32,000 bases of DNA, taken from positions 390,001 to 422,000 of the forward strand of contig NZ_LN831024.1 of assembly GCF_001457615.1 (NCBI RefSeq), written 5' to 3'. This document shows positions 22,773 through 32,000 of this stretch, one piece after another. The position numbers were made by a program, and so were the translations under genes. Each line of letters opens with the position of its first letter. Within the stretch, counting starts at the first letter, position 1. Source of the stretch: Pseudomonas aeruginosa. GTDB taxonomy: Bacteria > Pseudomonadota > Gammaproteobacteria > Pseudomonadales > Pseudomonadaceae. Below the pieces are notes generated by a model. That model made no database searches, was not told the DNA's origin, and worked only from the letters and a program-made list of their open reading frames with translations.

Positions 22773-23378
22773 ATGCCGCGCAATACCCGCTGGCTGTTCT
22801 ACTTGTCGCTGGCGGTCCTGACCTTCGTCGTCGGCGCCTGGCTGGTCCGTACGCCGGAACCGGCGCGACCGTTGCCGTGGCTGGCCGACTGGCAGGAGCA
22901 GGTGCTGGCGCCGTTGGCGGACAACGCCTTGACCCTGCGCCAGCTGCACGACGCGGTGGATGGCGAGTTGTGGGTGGACCCGCGCCTGGATGGCGTGCGC
23001 CTGGCCTTCCGTGGCCGCCTGCTGGGCGACGGCGGCCCCTGGCAGGTGGAAGGCGAGCTGGGCCTGAGCGCCGAGGAGCAACTGAGCCTGCAGCGGGCAT
23101 CTGCGTTGCAGCCTGGCAGCGCGCCGCAGCCATTGAGCGCCGGATTGGAAGGACAGTTGGGCGACAAGCCGATCGTGGCGCTGAGCATGATTCCCGAAGG
23201 CAGGGTCGGTGCCGAGCGGCTGCTGGCCAGTCTCGGCCAGCCGCGCCTGCGCCTGCAACTGGCCCAGGGCGAGGCCTGGGTCTATCCGCAACTGGGCCTG
23301 ACCGCGCACCTGCCGGACGACGACTTGCGACTGATGCTCGCGGTGCCGCGCCAGGCCCTGGAAAAACCGCCGCGTTGA
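22773..23378 (+). CDS. Membrane-anchored protein of unknown function (201 aa)
   Basis: MPRNTRWLFYLSLAVLTFVVGAWLVRTPEPARPLPW..., RBS GGAGG upstream; single N-terminal hydrophobic helix. Confidence 0.75.
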   Translation: MPRNTRWLFYLSLAVLTFVVGAWLVRTPEPARPLPWLADWQEQVLAPLADNALTLRQLHDAVDGELWVDPRLDGVRLAFRGRLLGDGGPWQVEGELGLSAEEQLSLQRASALQPGSAPQPLSAGLEGQLGDKPIVALSMIPEGRVGAERLLASLGQPRLRLQLAQGEAWVYPQLGLTAHLPDDDLRLMLAVPRQALEKPPR

Positions 23379-23382
23379 GCTT

Positions 23383-24081
23383 TCAGCGCTCCAGGCGCAG
23401 CAGGTAGTCGTCGCCGCCCAACTGCCACATCTGCTGGCGAATCCAGGCCGCGCGCTGGCGTACGTAGGGGCCCGGCCTGGCCGCGCTCCATTTCAGCGGG
23501 CTGGGCAGCACCGCGGCGAGCTGGCTGGCCTGGGTGCGGCTCAGGCGCTCGGCGTCGAGGCCGAAGTGATAGCGTGCCGCAGCCTGCGCGCCGAAGACGC
23601 CCGGGCCCCATTCGGCGCTGTTCAGGTAGACCTCGAGAATCCGTTGCTTGGTCCAGAGCGTCTCGATCAGCAGGGTGAACCAGGCCTCCAGGCCCTTGCG
23701 CAGCCAACTGCGCCCGGACCAGAGGAAGACGTTCTTCGCCACCTGCTGGCTGAGCGTACTGGCGCCGCGGATACTGCCGCCGCGCTCGTTGTGCGCGAGG
23801 GCCTGCTGGATGGCCGGCAGGTCGAAGCCGTGGTGCTCGGCGAAGTGCTGGTCCTCGCCGGCGATCACCGCGACCTTCAGGCTGTCCGGCAACTGCTCCC
23901 AGGAGCGCCAGTCGCGCTGCAGGTCGATGGGCTGGCCGTCGACCCAGGAGCCGACCTTGCGTTCGACCATGACCATGGTCCCCGGTGGCGGCACCCAGCG
24001 CAGGACCGCGACCAGCACGACGCTGGCGGCCATGAACCAGAGCAGGTACTTGAACAGGCGGCGGAACAGGGATCGCAACAT
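23383..24081 (-). CDS. mtgA: Monofunctional biosynthetic peptidoglycan transglycosylase (232 aa)
   Basis: VAVIAGEDQHFAEHHGFDLPAIQ, RGASTLSQQVAKNVFLW, KQRILEVYLNSAEWG: GT51 motifs. Confidence 0.95.
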   Translation of the reverse strand: MLRSLFRRLFKYLLWFMAASVVLVAVLRWVPPPGTMVMVERKVGSWVDGQPIDLQRDWRSWEQLPDSLKVAVIAGEDQHFAEHHGFDLPAIQQALAHNERGGSIRGASTLSQQVAKNVFLWSGRSWLRKGLEAWFTLLIETLWTKQRILEVYLNSAEWGPGVFGAQAAARYHFGLDAERLSRTQASQLAAVLPSPLKWSAARPGPYVRQRAAWIRQQMWQLGGDDYLLRLER

Positions 24082-24150
24082 GCGCGGCTTGGCTTGGAAG
24101 AAGGGGGCGGCCATTATAGCGGGCTGGATGCTATCACCGGAGTCTTGTCC

Positions 24151-24528
24151 ATGCTTCGTCCCTTCCTGTTGTTGGCGGCATTTTTCGGTTTCACCGGCGT
24201 GGCCCTCGGGGCGTTCGCCGCCCACGGCCTGAAGAAGCAGCTCAGCGCCGAGTACCTGGCGGTATTCCAGACCGGCGTGCACTACCAGTTGATCCACGCC
24301 CTGGCGCTGTTCGGCGTGGCGCTGCTCGCCACCCGCCTGGACGGCCGCCTGGTGAGCGCGGCGGGTGGCCTGTTCACGCTGGGCATCCTGCTGTTCTCCG
24401 GCAGCCTCTACCTGCTGACCCTCAGTGGCATCGGCAAGCTCGGCATCGTCACCCCGTTCGGCGGCGTCTCCTTCCTCGCCGGCTGGCTGTGCCTGGGGCT
24501 GGCCGCCTGGCGCCTGGGCAACGCCTGA
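24151..24528 (+). CDS. DUF423 family membrane protein (125 aa)
   Basis: GFTGVALGAFAAHGLKK...YQLIHALALF, four hydrophobic segments. Confidence 0.88.
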   Translation: MLRPFLLLAAFFGFTGVALGAFAAHGLKKQLSAEYLAVFQTGVHYQLIHALALFGVALLATRLDGRLVSAAGGLFTLGILLFSGSLYLLTLSGIGKLGIVTPFGGVSFLAGWLCLGLAAWRLGNA

Positions 24529-24630
24529 GACCGGTTGCCTCAGGCGGCGCACTTGTCGACAAGGCGCCTTGGTCATCGGGGTGGATCGGGCTAGAATGCC
24601 GCTCCCTTTCACTTTCGTGACCGTCCAGCC

Positions 24631-24831
24631 ATGCAGATTCAACTGAACGGCGAGCCCTTCGAGCTGCCCGACGCGCAGAGCGTCGCGGACCTGCTGGCCC
24701 GCCTGGAGCTTGGCGGCCGCCGCGTGGCCGTCGAGCTGAACCTGGATATCGTGCCGCGCAGCCAGCACGCCAGCACCGCGCTCAAGGATGGCGACCGCGT
24801 GGAGATCGTCCACGCCATCGGCGGCGGCTAG
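24631..24831 (+). CDS. thiS: Sulfur carrier protein ThiS (66 aa)
   Basis: [46 protein letters not shown]...[14 protein letters not shown]-terminal GG. Confidence 0.95.
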   Translation: MQIQLNGEPFELPDAQSVADLLARLELGGRRVAVELNLDIVPRSQHASTALKDGDRVEIVHAIGGG

Positions 24832-24889
24832 GCCTGGCCCCCGAACCCTTCCATCGGCCCCGCAAGCCTTTCCATCCAGGAGTCATCCG

Positions 24890-25687
24890 ATGAGCCAAGC
24901 ATCCAGTACCGATACCCCCTTCGTCATCGCCGGCCGTACCTATGGCTCGCGCCTGCTGGTGGGGACCGGCAAGTACAAGGACCTCGACGAGACCCGCCGG
25001 GCCATCGAGGCCTCCGGAGCGGAGATCGTCACGGTGGCGGTGCGGCGCACCAACATCGGGCAGAATCCCGACGAGCCGAACCTGCTGGATGTGATCCCGC
25101 CGGATCGCTACACCATCCTGCCGAACACCGCCGGCTGCTATGACGCGGTCGAGGCCGTGCGCACCTGCCGTCTGGCCCGCGAGCTGCTGGACGGGCACAA
25201 CCTGGTCAAGCTGGAAGTCCTCGCCGACCAGAAGACCCTGTTCCCCAACGTCGTCGAGACCCTCAAGGCCGCCGAGCAACTGGTGAAGGACGGCTTCGAC
25301 GTGATGGTGTACACCAGCGACGACCCGATCATCGCCCGCCAACTGGCCGAGATCGGCTGCATCGCGGTGATGCCGCTGGCCGGCCTGATCGGCTCCGGCC
25401 TGGGCATCTGCAACCCCTACAACCTGCGCATCATCCTCGAGGAAGCCAAGGTCCCGGTGCTGGTCGACGCCGGCGTTGGCACCGCTTCCGATGCAGCGAT
25501 CGCCATGGAGCTGGGTTGCGAGGCGGTGCTGATGAACACCGCCATCGCCCATGCCAAGGACCCGGTGATGATGGCCGAGGCCATGAAGCACGCGATCGTC
25601 GCCGGTCGTCTCGCCTACCTGGCCGGACGCATGCCGCGCAAGCTGTATGCCAGCGCCTCGTCGCCGCTGGACGGCCTGATCGACTGA
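24890..25687 (+). CDS. thiG: Thiazole synthase (265 aa)
   Basis: [82 protein letters not shown]. Confidence 0.97.
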   Translation: MSQASSTDTPFVIAGRTYGSRLLVGTGKYKDLDETRRAIEASGAEIVTVAVRRTNIGQNPDEPNLLDVIPPDRYTILPNTAGCYDAVEAVRTCRLARELLDGHNLVKLEVLADQKTLFPNVVETLKAAEQLVKDGFDVMVYTSDDPIIARQLAEIGCIAVMPLAGLIGSGLGICNPYNLRIILEEAKVPVLVDAGVGTASDAAIAMELGCEAVLMNTAIAHAKDPVMMAEAMKHAIVAGRLAYLAGRMPRKLYASASSPLDGLID

Positions 25688-25700
25688 TACCGACTACCTG

Positions 25701-25749
25701 GGGCGGGCTGTCCGCCGGATGCGGGAAGCGTCCGGCAGGCAGCCCGCCC
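25701..25749 (+). terminator. Strong hairpin/terminator-like structure after thiG
   Basis: GGGCGGGCTG (25701-25710) and CAGCCCGCCC (25740-25749) perfect 10 bp arms, with an inner GCCGGA/TCCGGC pair, followed by TTCTGTCTCT. Confidence 0.65.
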
Positions 25750-25777
25750 TTCTGTCTCTAGCAAGGTTTTCTTTTCC

Positions 25778-26512
25778 ATGAGCGATACCCCGCAATCCCC
25801 GGCCCAGGACTCCCTGGCGGAACACGACGAAGCACGGCCGATGCGCACCGTGAAGAGCTTCGTGATGCGCGCCGGGCGCATGACCGAAGGCCAGCAGCGT
25901 GGCCTCGACCTGGGCTGGCCGAAGTTCGGCCTGGAACTGAGCGATGAGGTTCAGGACTTCGACGCGATCTTCGGTCGCCAGGCGCCGCGGACTTTCGAGA
26001 TCGGTTTCGGCATGGGCCATTCCACCCTGGAAATGGCCGCCGCTGCGCCTGACATCGACTTCATCGGCGTCGAGGTGCACAAGCCGGGCGTCGGCGCGCT
26101 GCTCAACGGCCTGCTGACCCAGGGCCTGGGCAACGTGCGGGTGTATAGCTGCGACGCGCTGGAAGTGCTGCGCCACTGCGTGGCCGACGCCAGCCTCGAT
26201 CGGCTGCTGCTGTTCTTCCCCGATCCCTGGCACAAGAAGCGCCACCACAAGCGGCGGATCGTCCAGCCGGAATTCGCCGAACTGGTGCGGCGCAAGCTGA
26301 AGGTCGGCGGCGTGCTGCACATGGCCACCGACTGGGAGCCCTATGCCGAGCACATGCTGGACGTCATGAGCGCGGCGCCGGGCTACCGCAACCAGGCCGA
26401 AGACGGCCGCTTCGTGCCGCGCCCGCAAGAGCGTCCGGTGACCAAGTTCGAGCGGCGCGGGGAGCGCCTGGGACATGGCGTCTGGGACCTCAAGTTCGAG
26501 CGCGTCGACTGA
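25778..26512 (+). CDS. trmB: tRNA (guanine-N7-)-methyltransferase (244 aa)
   Basis: [58 protein letters not shown]. Confidence 0.95.
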   Translation: MSDTPQSPAQDSLAEHDEARPMRTVKSFVMRAGRMTEGQQRGLDLGWPKFGLELSDEVQDFDAIFGRQAPRTFEIGFGMGHSTLEMAAAAPDIDFIGVEVHKPGVGALLNGLLTQGLGNVRVYSCDALEVLRHCVADASLDRLLLFFPDPWHKKRHHKRRIVQPEFAELVRRKLKVGGVLHMATDWEPYAEHMLDVMSAAPGYRNQAEDGRFVPRPQERPVTKFERRGERLGHGVWDLKFERVD

Positions 26513-26674
26513 TCCATCGCACCAGCGACGTACCCCTGGCGCCGAACCGGCGCCGGGACTCCAAGCAGACCGGGAACACCCGGCGGACCTCACCTTCAAG
26601 CTGCACGTTTCCCGGCTTCGGCCGGATCCAATAATAAGAGCGGCACGGCTCGGCCGGCTGCAAAGGAGACTGCT

Positions 26675-28021
26675 GTGTTGAAGAAACTGGGCATCCTGTT
26701 GCTCGGGGCCGGTTGCGCCTGGGCGGCGCAGGCCAAGGTAGACGAAGTCCAGGCCGCACGCCTGGACCAGGACCTGACCCCGCTGGGGGCGGAGCGGGCC
26801 GGCAACGCCGATGGCAGCATCCCGCCCTGGACCGGCGGCATCACCCAGGCGCCGGCCGGCTACCGGCCCGGCATGCATCACCTCGACCCGTTCGCCGCCG
26901 ATCGTCCGCGCCTGGTCCTCGACAGCCGCAACATGGCCGCCTACCAGGCGCTGCTGACGCCGGGCACCCAGGCCTTGCTGCAGGCCAACCCGGACTACCA
27001 CCTGCGGGTCTTCCCCACCCGCCGCAGCGCATCCCTGCCGCAGCGCCTGTACGACGCTACCCGCGCCAACGCCAGCCGCGCCGAGCTGATCGCCGACGGC
27101 AACGGCGTGCAGGGCGCTGCCGCCGGCGTGCCCTTCCCCCTGCCGCAGAGCGGCCAGGAAGCGATCTGGAACCACATCATGCGCTACCGCGGCGAGCAAC
27201 TGCACCTGCAGACCAACCAGGCGGCGGTGCTGGCCAACGGCAGCTACAACCTGCTCAAGCTCGACCGCTACCTGTACTTCGTCTATGGCCGCGAGGGGAT
27301 GATCCCGGAGAACCTCGACAACACGTTGTTCTACTACAAGTACAAGGTGGTCGCGCCGGCGCGCCTGGCCGGTTCGGCGCTGGTGGTGCAGGAAACCCTC
27401 GACCAGGTGCTGTCGATCCGCAAGGCCTGGCGCTTCAACCGTGGCGAGCGGCGCGTGCGGCGCTTGCCGACCCTGGCCTACGACAGCCTGCAGCCGGATA
27501 CCAACGGCATGGCCACGGCGGACACCGTGGATGTCTACAACGGCGCACCGGACCACTACGAGTGGGCGTTGCTCGGCAAGCGCGAGATGCTGGTGCCTTA
27601 CAACAGCTACGCGGTGCACCAGAAGGGCCTCGCCTATGGCGACATCCTCAAGAGCCGCTTCATCAATCCCGACCTGCTGCGCTACGAGCTGCATCGCGTC
27701 TGGGTGGTCGAGGCGACCCTGCGCAAGGGCTTCAGCCATCCCTACGCCAAGCGCCGCTTCTACCTCGACGAAGACAGCTGGCAGATCCTCGCCGCCGACA
27801 TCTACGACAAGGATGGCGTGCTGACCCGGGCCCAGGAGGTCCATCCGATCAACTACTACGATGTGCCGCTGGTCTCCAGCACCCTGGAAGCGATCTACGA
27901 CTTCAAGGGCGGCCGCTACTTCGTCGATGGGCTGGACAACAACGAGCCGATGTACGACTTCGGCGTGCAGGTCGGGCCGCGCGACTTCACCCCGCAGGCG
28001 CTGCGCCGGGAGGGGAACTGA
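26675..28021 (+). CDS. DUF1329 domain-containing exported protein (448 aa), GTG start
   Basis: Signal peptide; GAERAGNADGSIPPWTGGI, DPFAADRP, NLLKLDRYLYFVYGREG, FTPQALRR; GTG start with GGAG upstream. Confidence 0.88.
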   Translation: MLKKLGILLLGAGCAWAAQAKVDEVQAARLDQDLTPLGAERAGNADGSIPPWTGGITQAPAGYRPGMHHLDPFAADRPRLVLDSRNMAAYQALLTPGTQALLQANPDYHLRVFPTRRSASLPQRLYDATRANASRAELIADGNGVQGAAAGVPFPLPQSGQEAIWNHIMRYRGEQLHLQTNQAAVLANGSYNLLKLDRYLYFVYGREGMIPENLDNTLFYYKYKVVAPARLAGSALVVQETLDQVLSIRKAWRFNRGERRVRRLPTLAYDSLQPDTNGMATADTVDVYNGAPDHYEWALLGKREMLVPYNSYAVHQKGLAYGDILKSRFINPDLLRYELHRVWVVEATLRKGFSHPYAKRRFYLDEDSWQILAADIYDKDGVLTRAQEVHPINYYDVPLVSSTLEAIYDFKGGRYFVDGLDNNEPMYDFGVQVGPRDFTPQALRREGN

Positions 28022-28033
28022 GGCGGACGGCCC

Positions 28034-28291
28034 TCAGACGATCAGCTCGGCGCCGCGTAGCGTGCCGTCGTCGTCCAGGCGCGCCGGCGCCGGGCTGATC
28101 TGCAGGTACTTGATGCTGTCCCGCGGAATCAGCAGCAGGTCGCCGTCGACCTCGACGCTGAGATAGGGCGTGTCCAGTTGCTGGCGGATGCTGCGGGCAA
28201 CCTCGGCCGGGTCGTCCTGCTGGCGCGGGAAGCGCAGCGACAGGCGCTGGCCGTCGGTGAAATGCAGGTAGAGGTGCTTGATCGGTTTCAT
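28034..28291 (-). CDS. Small conserved-type cytoplasmic protein of unknown function (85 aa)
   Basis: MKPIKHLYLHFTDGQRLSLRFPRQQDDPAEVARSIRQQLDTPYLSVEVDGDLLLIPRDSIKYLQISPAP; intact ORF with plausible start. Confidence 0.75.
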   Translation of the reverse strand: MKPIKHLYLHFTDGQRLSLRFPRQQDDPAEVARSIRQQLDTPYLSVEVDGDLLLIPRDSIKYLQISPAPARLDDDGTLRGAELIV

Positions 28292-28352
28292 GCGGGCTCC
28301 CGGAGGCCATGACGCTCTTGGGGACGGCGCTGGCCGCCGGGAGACCGGGGGC

Positions 28353-28676
28353 TCAGCTGCGATCGGCGATCATGCCGATCACGAAGAACACTAGCAGGAG
28401 CACGGGCGCCAGGGTGTAGTTGTTGAAGTAGCCGAGGCCCTTGGCCAGCCAGGGGGTGACGAAGACCATCGCCAGGCCGTAGCCGACCGCGCAGATCAAC
28501 ACGAACAGCAGGGTGCGGAAGACGAAGTTGAGGCTGCCGATGCGCTGCTGTACCCAGGCGTTGATCGCCGGGCCGAACAGCACCAGCAGGGTGGCCATGA
28601 TGGCCAGGGAAATGTCCGACAGGTGGCTGCGGCTCCAGCGCGACAGGGTGGCGATCAGGTCCAGCGCGTAATCCAT
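28353..28676 (-). CDS. DUF3392-type inner membrane protein (107 aa)
   Basis: MDYALDLIATLSRWSRSHLSDISLAIMATLLVLFGPAINAWVQQRIGSLNFVFRTLLFVLICAVGYG, three hydrophobic helices. Confidence 0.8.
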   Translation of the reverse strand: MDYALDLIATLSRWSRSHLSDISLAIMATLLVLFGPAINAWVQQRIGSLNFVFRTLLFVLICAVGYGLAMVFVTPWLAKGLGYFNNYTLAPVLLLVFFVIGMIADRS

Positions 28677-28756
28677 CGAGGGTTCCTTGTAACGAATCGG
28701 CGTGTCGGTCGGCGGAGTTTACCTGCCTGCCGGCACGGATGGGCGTGCATCCGTCG

Positions 28757-29911
28757 TCACGGCAGGAAATGTTGCAGCAGGTCGTTGAGGAACAGCTGGC
28801 CGCGTTCGCTGGGACGCAGGCGCTGCGGGTCGTCGGCGAGCAGCCCGGCGTCGCGCGCGGCGGCGCAGGCATCGGCGATCGCCGCCAGTGGCTGGCCGGT
28901 GCGCTGCGGGTAGAGCGCGGCGGGGACGCCGTCGACCAGGCGCAGCACGTTCATCATGAACTCGAATGGCAGGTCGGCCGCTTCCAGCGGGCGCTCGCCG
29001 GCCTGGAAGGCCTTTTGCGGGTTGAGGTAGTCCTTCGGCAGGCGGGTCTTCCAGGTCCGCACGATGCGTCCGTCCGGCGCGCTCAGCTTGGCGTGGGCGC
29101 CGGCGCCGATGCCGAGGAAGTCGCCGAAGCTCCAGTAGTTCAGGTTGTGCCGGGCGCGCAGGCCGTCGCGGGCGTAGGCGGAGGTCTCGTACTGGCGGTA
29201 GCCGTGCTCGTCGAGCAGGGCCTGGCCGGCTTCCTGGATGTCCCAGAGGATGTCGTCCTCGGGCAGCTCCGGCGGCTGGCTCCAGAACACCGTGTTCGGC
29301 TCCATGGTCAGTTGGTACCAGGAGAGGTGCGTGGGGGCCAGGGCGAGGGCCTGGCGCAGGTCGGCCAGGGCGTCGTCGAGGCTCTGCCCGGGCAGGCCGT
29401 GCATCAGGTCGAGGTTGAAGTTGTCGAAGCCGGCCTGGCGCGCCATGTCGGCGGCGCGCACTGCCTCGGCGCCGTCGTGGATGCGCCCCAGGGCCTGCAG
29501 CTTGTCGGCCTGGAAGCTCTGCACGCCGATGGACAGGCGATTGATGCCGAGGCGCCGGTAGTCGGCGAACTTGACCTGTTCGAAGGTGCCGGGATTGGCT
29601 TCCAGGGTGATCTCGATGCCGTCGGCGAAGCCGACCCTGCGCTCGACGCCTTCCAGTAGCCGGCCCAGGGCCTTGGCCGAGAACAGGCTGGGCGTGCCGC
29701 CGCCGAAGAAGATCGAACCCAGGCGCCGGCCGTGGACATGGCGCAGGTCTTGCTCCAGGTCGGCGAGCAGGGCGTCGACATAGGCCTCTTCGGGCAGCTC
29801 CGGGCCAGCGGCGTGGGAGTTGAAGTCGCAATACGGGCACTTGCGCACGCACCACGGGATGTGCACGTACAGGGCCAGGGGCGGGAGCTGGAACGGGGTG
29901 GCTTGGGTCAC
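28757..29911 (-). CDS. hemW: HemW-type radical SAM heme chaperone (384 aa), GTG start
   Basis: LALYVHIPWCVRKCPYCDFNSH radical SAM motif, SIFFGGGTPSLF, GVQSF, GIGAGAHAKL. Confidence 0.93.
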   Translation of the reverse strand: MTQATPFQLPPLALYVHIPWCVRKCPYCDFNSHAAGPELPEEAYVDALLADLEQDLRHVHGRRLGSIFFGGGTPSLFSAKALGRLLEGVERRVGFADGIEITLEANPGTFEQVKFADYRRLGINRLSIGVQSFQADKLQALGRIHDGAEAVRAADMARQAGFDNFNLDLMHGLPGQSLDDALADLRQALALAPTHLSWYQLTMEPNTVFWSQPPELPEDDILWDIQEAGQALLDEHGYRQYETSAYARDGLRARHNLNYWSFGDFLGIGAGAHAKLSAPDGRIVRTWKTRLPKDYLNPQKAFQAGERPLEAADLPFEFMMNVLRLVDGVPAALYPQRTGQPLAAIADACAAARDAGLLADDPQRLRPSERGQLFLNDLLQHFLP

Positions 29912-30031
29912 GGCGGGGCGGGGTGGAGGCGGTTTCGGGGCGCTATCGTGGCATGAGTTCGGCCAACCTCCAAGGCGGCCGGACGAAACGCCGTGCCGAC
30001 GCCGCCCGGGGGCGGCGCCGGCGGTTGCGGC

Positions 30032-30625
30032 TCAGAGACCCAGGCGCTGCTTGAGCAGGGCCATGGCGCGGGCCCGGTGGCTGAGGCGGTTCTTCTCCTC
30101 CGGCGCCAGCTCGGCGCTGGAGCAGTCGCGTTCCGGCACCCAGAACAGCGGGTCGTAGCCGAAGCCGTGGGCGCCGCGGGCTTCGCGGAGGATGCGGCCT
30201 TCCCAGATGCCCTCGCAGAGGATCGGTAGCGGGTCGTCGGCGTGGCGCACCAGCGCCAGCACGCTGACGAACTGTGCGCCGCGCTCGGCGTCCGGGACAT
30301 CCTTCATGGCCTCCAGCAGCTTGGCGTTGTTCGCCGCGTCGCCCCGGCCGTCGGCATAGCGCGCCGAGTAGATGCCCGGCGCGCCGCCGAGGAAGTCCAC
30401 CGCCAGCCCGGAGTCGTCGGCCAGCGCCGGCAGGCCGGAGAGGCGTGCGGCGTTGCGTGCCTTGAGGATGGCGTTCTCGACGAAGGAAAGACCGGTTTCC
30501 TCCGGTTCCACCTGGCTGAACTCGCCGATCGAGCGCACCTTCACGCTGGCGCCGAGCATGGCCTGGAGTTCCTTGAGTTTGCCGGCATTGTGGCTGGCCA
30601 GCACCAGCTGTTCGAGCTTGATCAT
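30032..30625 (-). CDS. rdgB: dITP/XTP pyrophosphatase (197 aa)
   Basis: [67 protein letters not shown]. Start 30625, not the extended ORF to 31282. Confidence 0.96.
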   Translation of the reverse strand: MIKLEQLVLASHNAGKLKELQAMLGASVKVRSIGEFSQVEPEETGLSFVENAILKARNAARLSGLPALADDSGLAVDFLGGAPGIYSARYADGRGDAANNAKLLEAMKDVPDAERGAQFVSVLALVRHADDPLPILCEGIWEGRILREARGAHGFGYDPLFWVPERDCSSAELAPEEKNRLSHRARAMALLKQRLGL

Positions 30626-31041
30626 TCGTCCGGGAAGATTTCCTTGTTGAAACTGAAGGTTTGCGCAGGTTCGCCCTTGGCCTCGACCTTGATGGTGAAG
30701 ACCAGGGTCTCGCGCTGGCTGATCGGGAATTGCGCCAGGTTGTAGATGGCGCCTTCCTCGCTGACTCGGCGGAACTCCAGGGGGATGACCTTGCCGGTCA
30801 GGTCCTTGGCCGAGCCGGTCACGGCGGCCTCTACCGGCTTGCCTTTCTCCATCGGCACCACGTTGATCACGCCCTGCGCCTTGCTGCGTACCAGGCCGAC
30901 CGCGCTGGCCACGTTGGGCTGGAGGAAGCTGGAGTTGAACACGTTGTAGTGGACGTCCAGGTCGCCGAAGCGCTGCACCTGCTCGGCGAGGACCGGCAGG
31001 CTCAGGCAGAGGCCGAGGACGAAAGCGGTGAAGCGGCGCAT
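30622..31041 (-). CDS. DUF4426 family exported protein (139 aa)
   Basis: Signal peptide [19 protein letters not shown]; [43 protein letters not shown] overlap with rdgB. Confidence 0.85.
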   Translation of the reverse strand: MRRFTAFVLGLCLSLPVLAEQVQRFGDLDVHYNVFNSSFLQPNVASAVGLVRSKAQGVINVVPMEKGKPVEAAVTGSAKDLTGKVIPLEFRRVSEEGAIYNLAQFPISQRETLVFTIKVEAKGEPAQTFSFNKEIFPDE

Positions 31042-31172
31042 GGTGGTTTCTCCTGAAAGGTGGCATGGACGTTGTCCATGGTCTGCTGCCGGCGGCCTTG
31101 GCCGGCTTCGGCAGCGCTCTCCCGAGGACGAGCGGAGGGGCGCCCGGCCCTGGCCCGCAGCCTGGCGCGTTC

Positions 31173-31793
31173 CTAGACGGCGAGGTTGCGGGTCTGCACT
31201 CCGGGTCCGGTGACCCGGTAGATTCCAATCTCACCCAATAGATTAGGCCACAGCCGGCTGGCCCAGCCATGCCGGTGGTCACGGTCCACGGCCAGGCGGT
31301 CGAGCACGCGCATGCGCAACTGGCGGCACAGGCGCTCGAAGTCCTGGAAGGTGCAGAAATGGATGTTCGGCGTGTTGTACCAGGTATACGGCAGGAACTC
31401 GGAGACCGGCATCCGGCCGTTGCGCGCCAGGTACCAGCGGCAGCGCCAGTGGCCGAAGTTGGGGAAAGTGATGATGCAGGTCTTGCCGACCCGCAGCATC
31501 TCTTCGAGGATCTTGTCCGGATAGTGCACGGCCTGTAGCGCCTGGGTCATCACCACCACGTCGAAGCTGTCGCTGGCGAAGTTGCCCAGGCCCTTGTCGA
31601 GGTCCTGCTCGATCACGTTCACCCCGTTTTCGATGCAACGGGCGATGTTGTCGGGATCGATCTCCAGGCCGTAGCCGCTGACCTGCTTGTGGTCGCGCAG
31701 CCAGGCCAGGAGTTCGCCGTCGCCGCAGCCGAGGTCGAGGACGCGGCTGCCGGCGGGAATCCATTCCTGGATGATTTCGAGATCGGCGCGCAT
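31173..31793 (-). CDS. metW: MetW methionine biosynthesis protein (206 aa)
   Basis: [65 protein letters not shown]. Confidence 0.94.
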   Translation of the reverse strand: MRADLEIIQEWIPAGSRVLDLGCGDGELLAWLRDHKQVSGYGLEIDPDNIARCIENGVNVIEQDLDKGLGNFASDSFDVVVMTQALQAVHYPDKILEEMLRVGKTCIITFPNFGHWRCRWYLARNGRMPVSEFLPYTWYNTPNIHFCTFQDFERLCRQLRMRVLDRLAVDRDHRHGWASRLWPNLLGEIGIYRVTGPGVQTRNLAV

Positions 31794-31800
31794 CGGATCC

Positions 31801-32000
31801 TCACACGCTGATGCGGTTCATGTAACCGCTGAAGGCTTGCAGGTACCGGGGGATCGGCATGAGGAAGGCGTCGTGGCCTTGCGGGGCGTCGATCTCCAGG
31901 TAGCTGACGTTCTTTTTCGCCGCGATCAGGGCGTCGACGATTTCCCGCGAGCGGGCCGGCGAGAAACGCCAGTCGGTGGTGAAGGACATCAGGCAGAAGC
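31801..32000 (-). CDS. metX: Homoserine O-acyltransferase, C-terminal part (runs off the right edge)
   Basis: [61 protein letters not shown]; adjacent to metW as in Pseudomonas metXW. Confidence 0.92.
   Translation of the reverse strand, partial: FCLMSFTTDWRFSPARSREIVDALIAAKKNVSYLEIDAPQGHDAFLMPIPRYLQAFSGYMNRISV

Noticed and set aside
25694-27844. 716 aa minus-strand ORF across trmB and the DUF1329 gene
   Set aside because: It spans two genuine plus-strand genes and their intergenic hairpin. Composition is typical of a GC-driven antisense frame.

Overview
This window looks like conserved core chromosome of Pseudomonas aeruginosa (very high GC, gene content and order match the region from rlmI-like/pfpI to metW/metX). 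I see no prophage, transposon, CRISPR array, tRNA/rRNA or evident defence island. From left to right the supported content is: partial RlmI-like methyltransferase, PfpI/DJ-1 protein, HDOD protein, mutM, acyltransferase, small exported protein, Sel1-repeat protein, gamma-glutamyltransferase, 2[4Fe-4S] ferredoxin, coaD, long-chain alcohol oxidation genes (GMC oxidoreductase, Tat/lipoprotein small subunit, aldehyde dehydrogenase, divergent TetR regulator; the described lao system), GNAT, alpha/beta hydrolase, SMI1/KNR4-like protein, rsmD, an M16 peptidase pair, ftsY-ftsE-ftsX, rpoH, anchored unknown protein, mtgA, DUF423, thiS-thiG, trmB, DUF1329, small unknown, DUF3392, hemW, rdgB, DUF4426, metW, and the end of metX. 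The most informative non-coding signals are a perfect dyad sitting exactly between the -35 and -10 of the probable laoCBA promoter, overlapping sigma70-like and AlgU/sigmaE-like promoter motifs at rpoH, and several strong intergenic hairpins. I found no convincing undescribed system. The best leads for new biology are an orphan SUKH-like gene and uncharacterised envelope proteins. All coordinates and family calls come from reading the sequence; no searches were run.
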